From a virus (lineage: Duplodnaviria; Caudoviricetes), in the IMG/VR virus record IMGVR_UViG_3300021431_000075, positions 288,001 to 352,000 of that record: a stretch of 64,000 nt of DNA, one strand, 5' to 3'. The position numbers and the translations under genes are program-made. The notes beneath the pieces are model-generated. The model saw only the letters and a list, made by a program, of their open reading frames with translations, searched no databases and was not told where the DNA came from. This document shows positions 55,726 through 64,000 of this stretch, one piece after another (the first letter of the stretch is position 1; each line of letters starts with the position of its first letter).

Positions 55726-57174
55726 ATGAGTTTTTTTAGAAGACATTTGCTGACTACTGCTGCTGATGGTACTGAACAGGAACATATATTGTCCATATAT
55801 GCTGCTGATGAGTATTCTGGAAAGTTGTTTTATTGTGTTGCCAAATATGATAATATGACAGTTGTTCCTGTATGGTCTATTACGAGCGGAAGCCAGTATG
55901 CAACGATAAACTCAAACGGTAGGGTTGACATAGTTTCCGGAACTGTTAGTCAGACTATTGTAGTGCAGTGTTCATATAGCAACGTAATCCAGACGAAGCA
56001 GATAGTCGTGTCTTATGACAACCAGTTGACAATCGAGTGTGATAATGTGATGCGCGGAACAAGCGGCAATGTGATTACAAGATACAACTCTGAAGTTGTG
56101 ACGCCTGTATATCAGATTACAGCCGGGGGATTGAATGCTACTATTGATGCGACAGGTGTGATTACGATAACAGCAAGCGGTCTGATAACTGTTCAGGCTA
56201 CATATAGCGGTTATACAGTTACGAAGGAAATAAGTTTGATTTATGAGCAGAATGTAGAAAGCGAGACTATAGTGAACGATGACGGTTCTGTGACTACGAC
56301 TGTGACAGAGACAGTAGAGAATCAAGATGGTTCTACGACTGCGACAAGTGTTTCGAACACGACGAACAGCGACGGTTCGACTGCATATACAGAAACTACT
56401 ACGGAGACGCAGCAAGATGGTTCTTCTACGACTATATCTAATACGACGAACAGCGACGGAACGACAAGCGATACTGAGATTTCTGTTGCAGCGGATGGTT
56501 CAAGCACGAGCCAGACGACTAACTATGATGTGAATGGAGATCCTACTACTGGTTCTAACAATACGACAGATGTTCTCGGAAACTCGAATACTCAAGAAAT
56601 CGAGTATGATTCGGAAGGAAATACGACAGTGACGAATTATACGATTGACACGACGAATAATACGAGTGGTAATGGAGAGTCGTTTTCGCAAGATGTTTTG
56701 GATACTGAATATTATGCATTCGATCCGACTTCTGGGTTTGAATGTTTAATTCATTTCTATTTTGAAACTACTAATCAAGTATCACAAGCAACAGTTCTTA
56801 ATGCTAAACGAGCAGATCCGAAACCTTGGTATGGTTTTGATATTAGATTGAATACAAATGGAAAAATTAGACTTGGTGTACAATTTGCTGAAGGTGCTAA
56901 TAATGAACCAACAATAGAACATAATAATGATAATATTTATAAAGTTAAGATTGTGTATGATCCGACTGTACCATCAGGAAGTACTACATTTATGGGATAT
57001 GATTTGATAAGAAATACAACTATATGTTCTTATGCTGGACGGTTTGAAGATTCTGATGCAATGAAATATATTAAGGTTACTCTTGGTTGTAATATTGGTA
57101 CAAACGGTCAACCTCAGAGATATGCCAGAGTAAATATTTATGAGTTTTATATTAGAAAAACTATATCATCATAA
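55726..57174 (+). CDS. Putative virion surface/adhesin protein: Ig-like domains, Thr-rich DGS repeats, C-terminal beta-sandwich
   Basis: WSITSGSQYATINSNG and ATIDATGVIT Ig-like segments; NxDGSTT repeats; GATAAATA box at 55668-55675. Confidence 0.6.
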   Translation: MSFFRRHLLTTAADGTEQEHILSIYAADEYSGKLFYCVAKYDNMTVVPVWSITSGSQYATINSNGRVDIVSGTVSQTIVVQCSYSNVIQTKQIVVSYDNQLTIECDNVMRGTSGNVITRYNSEVVTPVYQITAGGLNATIDATGVITITASGLITVQATYSGYTVTKEISLIYEQNVESETIVNDDGSVTTTVTETVENQDGSTTATSVSNTTNSDGSTAYTETTTETQQDGSSTTISNTTNSDGTTSDTEISVAADGSSTSQTTNYDVNGDPTTGSNNTTDVLGNSNTQEIEYDSEGNTTVTNYTIDTTNNTSGNGESFSQDVLDTEYYAFDPTSGFECLIHFYFETTNQVSQATVLNAKRADPKPWYGFDIRLNTNGKIRLGVQFAEGANNEPTIEHNNDNIYKVKIVYDPTVPSGSTTFMGYDLIRNTTICSYAGRFEDSDAMKYIKVTLGCNIGTNGQPQRYARVNIYEFYIRKTISS

Positions 57175-57217
57175 TTGTTAATTTTTCATAATTTCTTTCA
57201 TTTGTTTGTACTTTGAC

Positions 57218-57248
57218 TTTGAATTTATAAAATAAATTTATAATTTTG
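57218..57248 (+). promoter_or_regulatory. Bacteroidota primary-sigma promoter
   Basis: TTTG-N19-TAATTTTG. Confidence 0.6.
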
Positions 57249-57273
57249 CACAATGAACTAAAAATACAAACAA

Positions 57274-58065
57274 ATGGAAGAAAAACAAATTAAGAAGTCT
57301 TATCCACTGTTGCTGGAATGGCTCAGAATGACTCCGGATATTGATAACACGATGATTTACAAGAAAGCCGCCGAAACTCAATGGCTTTTTGTGCGTGATG
57401 AGTTATGTCGTAATTTGCTAAAAGTACCCTGCTTTGTAGTCGGAACACACATGTCAAAGAGCATTACGTTGCCGGTTTATCGTTTTGAACTTGACAATGG
57501 AATTGAAATTACAATGAGAGAGAATTTCTACGGCTGGGTTGTTTCTCTGAAATCTCCGTTTGTCATTCGGGAACTCCCGCTTGATATTGTATCCGGTGAT
57601 GGTGACAATAGAAGTGATGATGTCAAGATTTGCGAAGGTTTCAATAAAGATTGGATTTATCCGTTTTATAAGTACTCTGTCAGGTTGAGTACGTTCCGTG
57701 TTTCTTCTGATTATAAGCTTTATACTTTGATGTACATGCTGAACAAACTTGTGAATGAAGACAAGGAAAAAGATTCAGAATATTACTTGACGGAAGATTT
57801 CATTAATATTTGTGTAGAAATTGTTATGGCTGCGCATTCTGCAGAACATATAAAACTTGATGAAGTATTTCTGCATAGTTTTTATGCAGTGAGTAATCAT
57901 GACTATTGCCAGCAAAACAACATCAAGATGTTTTTCAGTGATGATGAAAATGCAGTTGATGAGTTTGCAAAGAGAATTGCATCATCGAAAGAAATGCATA
58001 GGATTTTTCATAATGAATATCAGCATTTATATGCTGGTTTTGTTGAAGAGAACAAGATTCTGTGA
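57274..58065 (+). CDS. hypothetical protein
   Basis: 263 aa after promoter. Confidence 0.8.
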   Translation: MEEKQIKKSYPLLLEWLRMTPDIDNTMIYKKAAETQWLFVRDELCRNLLKVPCFVVGTHMSKSITLPVYRFELDNGIEITMRENFYGWVVSLKSPFVIRELPLDIVSGDGDNRSDDVKICEGFNKDWIYPFYKYSVRLSTFRVSSDYKLYTLMYMLNKLVNEDKEKDSEYYLTEDFINICVEIVMAAHSAEHIKLDEVFLHSFYAVSNHDYCQQNNIKMFFSDDENAVDEFAKRIASSKEMHRIFHNEYQHLYAGFVEENKIL

Positions 58066-58068
58066 GTT

Positions 58069-58275
58069 ATGGTTAGGAAGTTTGAATTGAACGATAATGA
58101 GTTTAAGAAGGCTTGTGAGTTCGAGAAGAAGCATCAGCATAAAGAAGTCAATACAGGTGCTATTGGTGGTCATTTGAGCGTCAAGTTCATCATAACAAGC
58201 ATTGGTGCATTGGCAAGCATTCGTTGTGGAATTTGCGGTGAAGAAGAAGTAATAACAGATTATGATTCACTATAA
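58069..58275 (+). CDS. small hypothetical protein with CxxC
   Basis: GAIGG...CGICG. Confidence 0.7.
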   Translation: MVRKFELNDNEFKKACEFEKKHQHKEVNTGAIGGHLSVKFIITSIGALASIRCGICGEEEVITDYDSL

Positions 58276-58285
58276 AATATAGATT

Positions 58286-58663
58286 ATGGTTTTTGTAGTT
58301 GAATGGATTTCAAAAGACTTTGACAATTACGGACATTGCTTATGCATAGATAGGCAAGAAATGGATGTTAATGATGCTTTGAAAGCTTGTTGGAACTTTA
58401 TCAATGAACAGCATCTTGATTTTCCATTGTTTAAATATCTTTGTTGCTGGATTAGTTTGAAACTGGAAACAGATGTTTCGTTGGACGGCAAGACTTTTTC
58501 CAGAACGACAAGCATCTTGAAAGTAACTCCGAAAGAGACATATGAAGCTGAATGTGCGAAGCGGCAAGCGGTGAGAGAAGAACATGAAACTTTCTTTCGG
58601 AACAATTGGAGAAGATTGGTTGATGGTTTAGGACCGAATGAAATTGAAGAAATGTTTATATGA
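58286..58663 (+). CDS. hypothetical protein
   Basis: ATGA overlap with the MTase. Confidence 0.7.
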   Translation: MVFVVEWISKDFDNYGHCLCIDRQEMDVNDALKACWNFINEQHLDFPLFKYLCCWISLKLETDVSLDGKTFSRTTSILKVTPKETYEAECAKRQAVREEHETFFRNNWRRLVDGLGPNEIEEMFI

Positions 58664-59820
58664 AAACAATAGATTTGTTTTCCGGCTGCGGCGGCATGAC
58701 TCTCGGTTTCAAGTATGCGGGCTTTCAATCCGTATTCGCATCAGATGTTGATGTGAATGCGGGAAAGACTTTTATGAGAAACTTTCCGGATGTTCCGTTC
58801 AAGGTTGCGGATATTTCAAACATAACAAAAGAAGAAGTTGATGAATTGACTGGCGGTCTTGTTCCGGATGTCATCATCGGCGGTCCGCCTTGTCAGGGTT
58901 TCTCTCTTGCAAACAAGCGCAGGAATGCATTGAAAGATGATCCGAGAAACAAGCTGTTCTATCAGTTTGTCAAGTTCATTGACTGGTACTCACCAAAGGC
59001 ATTTGTGATGGAGAATGTCAAGGGATTGCTGTCGATGCATAACGGAGAAGTCATCAAGACTATTGTTGAAGAGTTCTCTAATGCCGGTTCTGGATACAGA
59101 GTTGCATATAAGGTGATGTGTGCTGCTGATTATGGAGTTCCGCAGATGAGAGAGCGAGTTATCATTATCGGTTTCAGAAAGGATTTGAATATTACGCCGA
59201 GTCATCCGGAAGCGTTAAAGTCAAAGCATTTGACAGTTGATGACGCTATTGGTGACTTGCCTAAAATCAATGCTGGAGAAGGTTCTGACTGTCAAGACTA
59301 TGATGTTGAAGCGCAAAATGATTTTCAGCGATTGATGCGGAAAGACTCGGCAAAAGTCTATAACCATGTAGCAATGAGACATACTCCGAGATTGGTCGAG
59401 AGATTCAAGGCTATAAAGCCCGGACAGAGTCTTGTTGATGTTTGGGATTCCCATGGGGCGGTCAAGCGCGGAAATCCGAACGAGAAGTCAACAGTCAAGT
59501 TCCATCAGAACAACCAGAGAGTTTTCGGAGACAAGCCGGCTCCTACGATAGCGGCATCGTTTCAGAGCAATTTCGTTCATCCGCATCTTGACAGGAACTT
59601 CACTGCAAGAGAAGGTGCAAGACTTCAGTCGTTTCCAGATGACTTTGTTTTTGAAGGAATGAGAACGAAGATGAGTTGGGAAACAGGTTTAAGTCAATAC
59701 CAACAAATCGGAAATGCAGTGCCACCGTTGCTTGCATATCATATTGCAATGCACATCAAAGACAAGTTGTTGAACGGTCCGTTTGATGCAACTGATGACG
59801 AAGAAATGAAATTGTTTTAA
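58660..59820 (+). CDS. DNA (cytosine-5) methyltransferase, orphan
   Basis: Motifs LFSGCGG, GGPPCQGFS, ENV, PQMRER, RLQSFPD, IGNAVPP. Confidence 0.95.
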   Translation: MKTIDLFSGCGGMTLGFKYAGFQSVFASDVDVNAGKTFMRNFPDVPFKVADISNITKEEVDELTGGLVPDVIIGGPPCQGFSLANKRRNALKDDPRNKLFYQFVKFIDWYSPKAFVMENVKGLLSMHNGEVIKTIVEEFSNAGSGYRVAYKVMCAADYGVPQMRERVIIIGFRKDLNITPSHPEALKSKHLTVDDAIGDLPKINAGEGSDCQDYDVEAQNDFQRLMRKDSAKVYNHVAMRHTPRLVERFKAIKPGQSLVDVWDSHGAVKRGNPNEKSTVKFHQNNQRVFGDKPAPTIAASFQSNFVHPHLDRNFTAREGARLQSFPDDFVFEGMRTKMSWETGLSQYQQIGNAVPPLLAYHIAMHIKDKLLNGPFDATDDEEMKLF

Positions 59821-59831
59821 TTCAAGATAAG

Positions 59832-60047
59832 ATGGAAGCAAAAAACAGCGAAATTGTTATTGTTGATAAGAATCGCAATAAGTACAGGATAAATGCGAAT
59901 GACATAGGTTACATATATCCGACAGTTAACAACAAGTTCCGAATAGTCATGTCCGGAGATTGTGAAGTTTCAGAGTACACTGACATTGTTTTGATTCATT
60001 GGTTAGATGAAGAAAACAAGTTGCTTTTCCAAAGGATAGATAAATGA
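59832..60047 (+). CDS. small hypothetical protein
   Basis: ORF in cluster. Confidence 0.6.
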   Translation: MEAKNSEIVIVDKNRNKYRINANDIGYIYPTVNNKFRIVMSGDCEVSEYTDIVLIHWLDEENKLLFQRIDK

Positions 60048-60601
60048 TTTATAAGGGAATGGATGACCTGTTGAATCAGAGTTTTAATCGTTCATTGCAG
60101 GAGATGTCTGATAAAAAGAAAGATGAAAATTTTTATGATTCAACCGAAATGCAAATTATTATTTCGGTTGGACATATTTTTCGTACTGCCGAACGATATG
60201 TCTGGATGTTCACGAGTCCTGATAGTCCGGAAATGAAATTTGGAAGATATCAATCATTTATTGAAGGTTTTCTTTCTGGAGACTGCAATAGAAGGTTTGA
60301 TGTAATCTTTGAAAACTGTACTAATAGTGAGTCTATTCCGGATGCATTGAAGAAATTGATTGTGAAATATAAGAATCAAGTTTCAGTCAAGCTTTTTCTT
60401 GGAAGTCTTTTTTTCAAAGAAAATGATGTGCATTTTTTAGTGTCAGATGATAGGATGACTATGCTTGTTACTGATGTTGATAAGAATTTGGCATTCGGTA
60501 ATTTTAATTCTGAAAAACTCTCAAGCACAATGAAAACATGTTTCGGAAATTTAAAGAATCATGAAATGACATATTGTTATTATGAAAATAACGGAACTTG
60601 A
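60044..60601 (+). CDS. hypothetical protein
   Basis: 185 aa; ATGA overlap. Confidence 0.75.
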   Translation: MIYKGMDDLLNQSFNRSLQEMSDKKKDENFYDSTEMQIIISVGHIFRTAERYVWMFTSPDSPEMKFGRYQSFIEGFLSGDCNRRFDVIFENCTNSESIPDALKKLIVKYKNQVSVKLFLGSLFFKENDVHFLVSDDRMTMLVTDVDKNLAFGNFNSEKLSSTMKTCFGNLKNHEMTYCYYENNGT

Positions 60602-60620
60602 AGAAGTTCCGTTATTTTTT
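60585..60620. terminator. Bidirectional terminator
   Basis: AAAATAACGGAACTT-GAAG-AAGTTCCGTTATTTT perfect stem between convergent genes. Confidence 0.8.
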
Positions 60621-61065
60621 AGTTCGTGATGACATCTATCGGAATCGGTAACTTTTCAAAGCCGAGAAGAATGCCGTCATAACCCAAGTCGGACAAGATG
60701 ACGCAATTCTCCATGTCTATATCATAAACATAGATGTCTTGCTCGTTTCCTTCATAGCATTCTCGGACCGCTTCCTCTGTTGCAAGCCATAATGCATATT
60801 TCGGTTTGAAACCGACAATATCTTCCAAGCAAGAGACTATTTCTTCAAGCATGTACTTTATGTCATTTTCTTCGAAATCATAGTCTTCTATGTTTTTTAT
60901 TGCTTCTTGGATGTTTCTTTTTAGTAGTTGTGGCAATTCATAGTTTTCAGAAATATAATCAAGGATATCTGTATTTGAAAGTTCGCAAATCTCAAACAGC
61001 ATAACTTCTACTGCATTTCTGTTCGGTTTCATCGACATCTCTGTTCTATAAAGTATTCTATGCAT
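60619..61065 (-). CDS. hypothetical protein
   Basis: 148 aa acidic ORF. Confidence 0.7.
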   Translation of the reverse strand: MHRILYRTEMSMKPNRNAVEVMLFEICELSNTDILDYISENYELPQLLKRNIQEAIKNIEDYDFEENDIKYMLEEIVSCLEDIVGFKPKYALWLATEEAVRECYEGNEQDIYVYDIDMENCVILSDLGYDGILLGFEKLPIPIDVITN

Positions 61066-61163
61066 ATAAAATAAAATACAATTTATTGATAATCAAATAA
61101 TTATGAATAGTTATTATACTTAATCATTACAATATTTATCGATAGTGAAAATAAATATAGAAA

Positions 61164-61700
61164 ATGATTTTGTTGAAAATGATAACAATGTTATTTGAGG
61201 AATGGAAAAGATATTTTGACAAGTTCTTGAAAGAGATGGTAGATGAGATGACAGACAGTTATCTTGATGTTTTCGGTTTGAAAGTTGTCTTTGACGATAA
61301 TTATAATTTCGGAAGAAAAAGATGGCTTGCCGCTTATCAGAAAAGCAAATCACCATTGGATAATAATGAAATACTTATCTCTATTAATTATCCATATATG
61401 TATAAGTTGATGATGCAGAAGATGAAAAATATGAGTCGAAGCAATTTCATCTTTAATATAGAAGCACAGGCAAAGATAACGGTTGGTCATGAGATTGGTC
61501 ATGGCCTTGTTGAGTTTCTGGTTGACTATTGTGATGTTGAGTCAGAAGATTTGGATGAGTTTGTTCATTATTATTTAGATGGTGATTTAGATGAGGAAGA
61601 ACTTGTTGAAGAGTTTGGTCGTTATCAGTTTCCAGAAGCAACCGGAGTCTGGTCGAGTGAACTCGATGACTACTTGAGCAAGATTGTTGATGTGATGTAG
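61164..61700 (+). CDS. HExxH metalloprotease-like protein
   Basis: TVGHEIGHGL...EELVEEFG; ATAAATA 61151-61157; start uncertain. Confidence 0.6.
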   Translation: MILLKMITMLFEEWKRYFDKFLKEMVDEMTDSYLDVFGLKVVFDDNYNFGRKRWLAAYQKSKSPLDNNEILISINYPYMYKLMMQKMKNMSRSNFIFNIEAQAKITVGHEIGHGLVEFLVDYCDVESEDLDEFVHYYLDGDLDEEELVEEFGRYQFPEATGVWSSELDDYLSKIVDVM

Positions 61701-61774
61701 AAACAACTGTTTTCGGTTGTATTTTGCAATTACAACTATTTTTGGTTGTTTTCTAAAATAATTTGTTGATTTTG

Positions 61775-61805
61775 TTTGTTGGTTTAATGTTTTTTCTTAA
61801 CTTTG
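61775..61805 (+). promoter_or_regulatory. Bacteroidota primary-sigma promoter
   Basis: TTTG-N19-TAACTTTG. Confidence 0.6.
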
Positions 61806-61836
61806 CAAAATTGAAAATATAAAGCGATTTTTAATT

Positions 61837-62907
61837 ATGTCTTCTTGGAAACATGTCGAGATTACAACAGACAGTGGAAAGACTGTTGATGCAGTCAGTC
61901 CGTACATATTGTCTGTAAGTAGAAGCACGGATATTCCGACTTCCTATATGGAATGGTTCATTGCCAGATTGAAAGCCGGTTATTGCTCTTGGAGAAATCC
62001 GTTTAACAATCAGGTTTCTTATGTCAGTTTCAATGATTGCAGATTTGTCGTGTTCTGGTCCAAGAACCCTGCGACTTTGCTTACGACGAATGTAATAGAC
62101 TTGCTTAAGGAACGCGGAATCGACTTTTATTTGCAATATACGCTTAACGATTATTTCGATGAAGGTCTTGAGCCTAAGTTGCAGCTTCCTGATGACAGGA
62201 TGGACTTGTTCCGTAGTTTGTCGCAGAAGTACGGGAAGGAGAGAATCATATGGAGATTCGATCCGCTTGTCTTGACAGACGAGGTTGGAATCAACGAGCT
62301 GTTGAACAAGATTCAGTACGTCGGCGACTATATTCATAATTACACAGAGAAACTGGTGTTCTCGTTTGTTGATGTGAAGCGTTATCCGAAAGTCGTAAAT
62401 AACTTGAAATATGGTGGAGTGAAATACAAGGAGTGGACAAACGAGCAGATGCTTGAGTTCGGAGAGCGGCTTGCAGAACTGAAGAAAAAGAGCGGATGGA
62501 ATATCGAGCTTGCCACTTGCTGCGAGCCTGTTGATTTGGCACAGTTCGGAATCTGTCATAACAAGTGTGTTGATGATGAACTGATAGCAAGGCTTGCTTA
62601 TAACGACAAGGTTCTAATGGACTTTCTTGGAATGGAACTCCATGACGTGTCAGAGAATCTTCTTGATTGCAATGTCCCTGTTGGTGCTATCGACTTGGGC
62701 AATGGAATGTATATAAAGAGAACGCGCGGAAACAAGGATAGTGGTCAGCGAGAGTTTTGCGGTTGCATCATGAGCAAGGACATTGGTCAGTACAACACTT
62801 GCATAAACGGTTGCAAGTACTGCTATGCAAATTCAGATCATGGCGACGCGCTTTGCAACTACAAGAGATGGAGAGTTTATAGAACAAGAGACAGGATTGT
62901 TGAATGA
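61837..62907 (+). CDS. DUF1848-family protein (radical-SAM-like, C-terminal CxxxCxxC)
   Basis: SVSRSTDIP...VFWSKNP...IWRFDP...CGCIMSKDIGQYNTCINGCKYCYAN. Confidence 0.88.
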   Translation: MSSWKHVEITTDSGKTVDAVSPYILSVSRSTDIPTSYMEWFIARLKAGYCSWRNPFNNQVSYVSFNDCRFVVFWSKNPATLLTTNVIDLLKERGIDFYLQYTLNDYFDEGLEPKLQLPDDRMDLFRSLSQKYGKERIIWRFDPLVLTDEVGINELLNKIQYVGDYIHNYTEKLVFSFVDVKRYPKVVNNLKYGGVKYKEWTNEQMLEFGERLAELKKKSGWNIELATCCEPVDLAQFGICHNKCVDDELIARLAYNDKVLMDFLGMELHDVSENLLDCNVPVGAIDLGNGMYIKRTRGNKDSGQREFCGCIMSKDIGQYNTCINGCKYCYANSDHGDALCNYKRWRVYRTRDRIVE

Positions 62908-62919
62908 AAATCAAAAGTT

Positions 62920-63264
62920 ATGTTATATCATGTTTATGAGATTTCGCTTTATAATAGAAGCGATGCGAAACTGGTTCTTGATGTTGTCAAACGTCATAAG
63001 TCTGTTCATCTGTCATACAAGAGAGTTGATTTGAAATATGATGAAGACATTCTTCTTTCACGGAGGTTTTCGGTTATAGTTCTGGTTCCGGCGAAAGACA
63101 AAAGACTTGAAAAAGTTCGTGAACTTCTATATAGAGAATGTGTCGATTCGGATTGCTATGAAGTCGAGCAGCCGGATAGGTATGACGAAATGCTGAAACT
63201 CTACATTGGAAAGCTTCTTCATATTTCAGGTTTTCTGGAAGATATCCAGAAACATTTATCATAA
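62920..63264 (+). CDS. hypothetical protein
   Basis: 114 aa ORF. Confidence 0.65.
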   Translation: MLYHVYEISLYNRSDAKLVLDVVKRHKSVHLSYKRVDLKYDEDILLSRRFSVIVLVPAKDKRLEKVRELLYRECVDSDCYEVEQPDRYDEMLKLYIGKLLHISGFLEDIQKHLS

Positions 63265-63285
63265 TGAACCAAAACATTTTAAACT

Positions 63286-63334
63286 AAATTCCGATTAGTC
63301 TGTATACTTTTCAGATTTAATCGGAATTTTTTTT
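63286..63334 (+). terminator. Intrinsic terminator
   Basis: AAATTCCGATTA...TAATCGGAATTT followed by T-run. Confidence 0.65.
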
Positions 63335-63344
63335 AATTTTATAT

Positions 63345-64000
63345 ATGAAATCAGATATTGAAATTGCAAATTCGACCAAGTTGAAGCCGATTGGAGAAAT
63401 TGGCGATATGCTTGGCATCAAGAGAGACGACCTTGTTCCGTACGGAAAGTACATAGCCAAGATTCCGCTTGACTATATTGACGAGTCGAAGATTAACAAG
63501 TCGAAGTTGATTCTTGTTACGTCTATCAGTCCGACAAAGGCTGGCATAGGAAAGACGACTGTGAGTGTCGGCTTGACTCTTGGTTTGAATAAGATTGGAA
63601 AGAAGTCTATTGTCGTGTTGAGAGAGCCTTCGCTTGGTCCATGCTTTGGAATGAAAGGTGGTGCATGTGGTGGCGGTTATGCGCAGGTTCTTCCTATGGA
63701 TAAAATCAACCTTCATTTTACAGGCGATTTCCATGCGGTTACATCAGCGCACAATATGATTGCCGCTTTGAAAGATAACTACTTGTATCATAACAAGATA
63801 ATTCTGAAGCAGGATTTATGGAAACGTGTCATTGACGTGAACGACCGCGGACTTCGTGAAATCATTACGGGTCTGGGCGCTTCAAGCAACGGCGGATTGA
63901 GGAATTCTGGGTTTGATATTACTCCGGCTTCTGAAATCATGGCTATTCTTTGCTTGTCGAAGAATCTTGATGACTTGCGTGCAAGGATTGACAATATTCT
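63345..64000 (+). CDS. fhs: Formate--tetrahydrofolate ligase (3' end runs off window)
   Basis: Hand translation MKSDIEIA...[10 protein letters not shown]...[24 protein letters not shown]...[11 protein letters not shown]. Confidence 0.95.
   Translation, partial: MKSDIEIANSTKLKPIGEIGDMLGIKRDDLVPYGKYIAKIPLDYIDESKINKSKLILVTSISPTKAGIGKTTVSVGLTLGLNKIGKKSIVVLREPSLGPCFGMKGGACGGGYAQVLPMDKINLHFTGDFHAVTSAHNMIAALKDNYLYHNKIILKQDLWKRVIDVNDRGLREIITGLGASSNGGLRNSGFDITPASEIMAILCLSKNLDDLRARIDNI

Noticed and set aside
54373-60601. Complete restriction-modification systems
   Set aside because: No flanking ORF shows a recognisable endonuclease motif; cannot be fully excluded without profile searches
13885-64000. 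TAG-recoded genetic code as in Lak megaphages
   Set aside because: Long ORFs are intact in code 11, and TAG ends paralogs (23802, 30720) at the same conserved C-terminal position as TAA/TGA in others
1-64000. tRNA or rRNA genes
   Set aside because: None recognised by eye; tRNAscan-SE or Infernal would be needed to exclude them

Overview
Accessory region of what is most likely a very large, T4-like phage infecting a Bacteroidota host. The evidence is dense small ORFs, denV, YopX, orphan C5-methyltransferases and fhs, host-type TTTG-N19-21-TAnnTTTG promoters plus a T4-late-like ATAAATA box, and standard code 11. No capsid or terminase gene is in view, so the phage call is inferred. The main feature is a family of 14 WG-repeat genes plus one truncated copy (1-5.8 kb on -, 13.9-38.1 kb on +). 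They lack signal peptides, mostly sit behind ATAAATA boxes and start with one of two conserved leaders containing [LIM]-x-E, resembling prohead-protease sites. My best hypothesis is a diversified arsenal of virion-packaged, injected binding proteins. The array shows active remodelling: an IS607 (tnpA+tnpB) inserted in a family 5' UTR so that its predicted guide matches a paralog UTR, an 18-bp microhomology chimera, and a cassette whose cargo was swapped for a LamG-like gene. A 3.6-kb noncoding strand-switch region (10.2-13.9 kb) has oriented motifs and 24-bp-phased repeats (origin-like) and separates a ~60-70% GC arm from a mostly ~30-45% GC arm (spot counts). A solo TnpB-like nuclease and an orphan tnpB 3' remnant are also present. 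All family calls are from motif recognition by eye; no searches were run.
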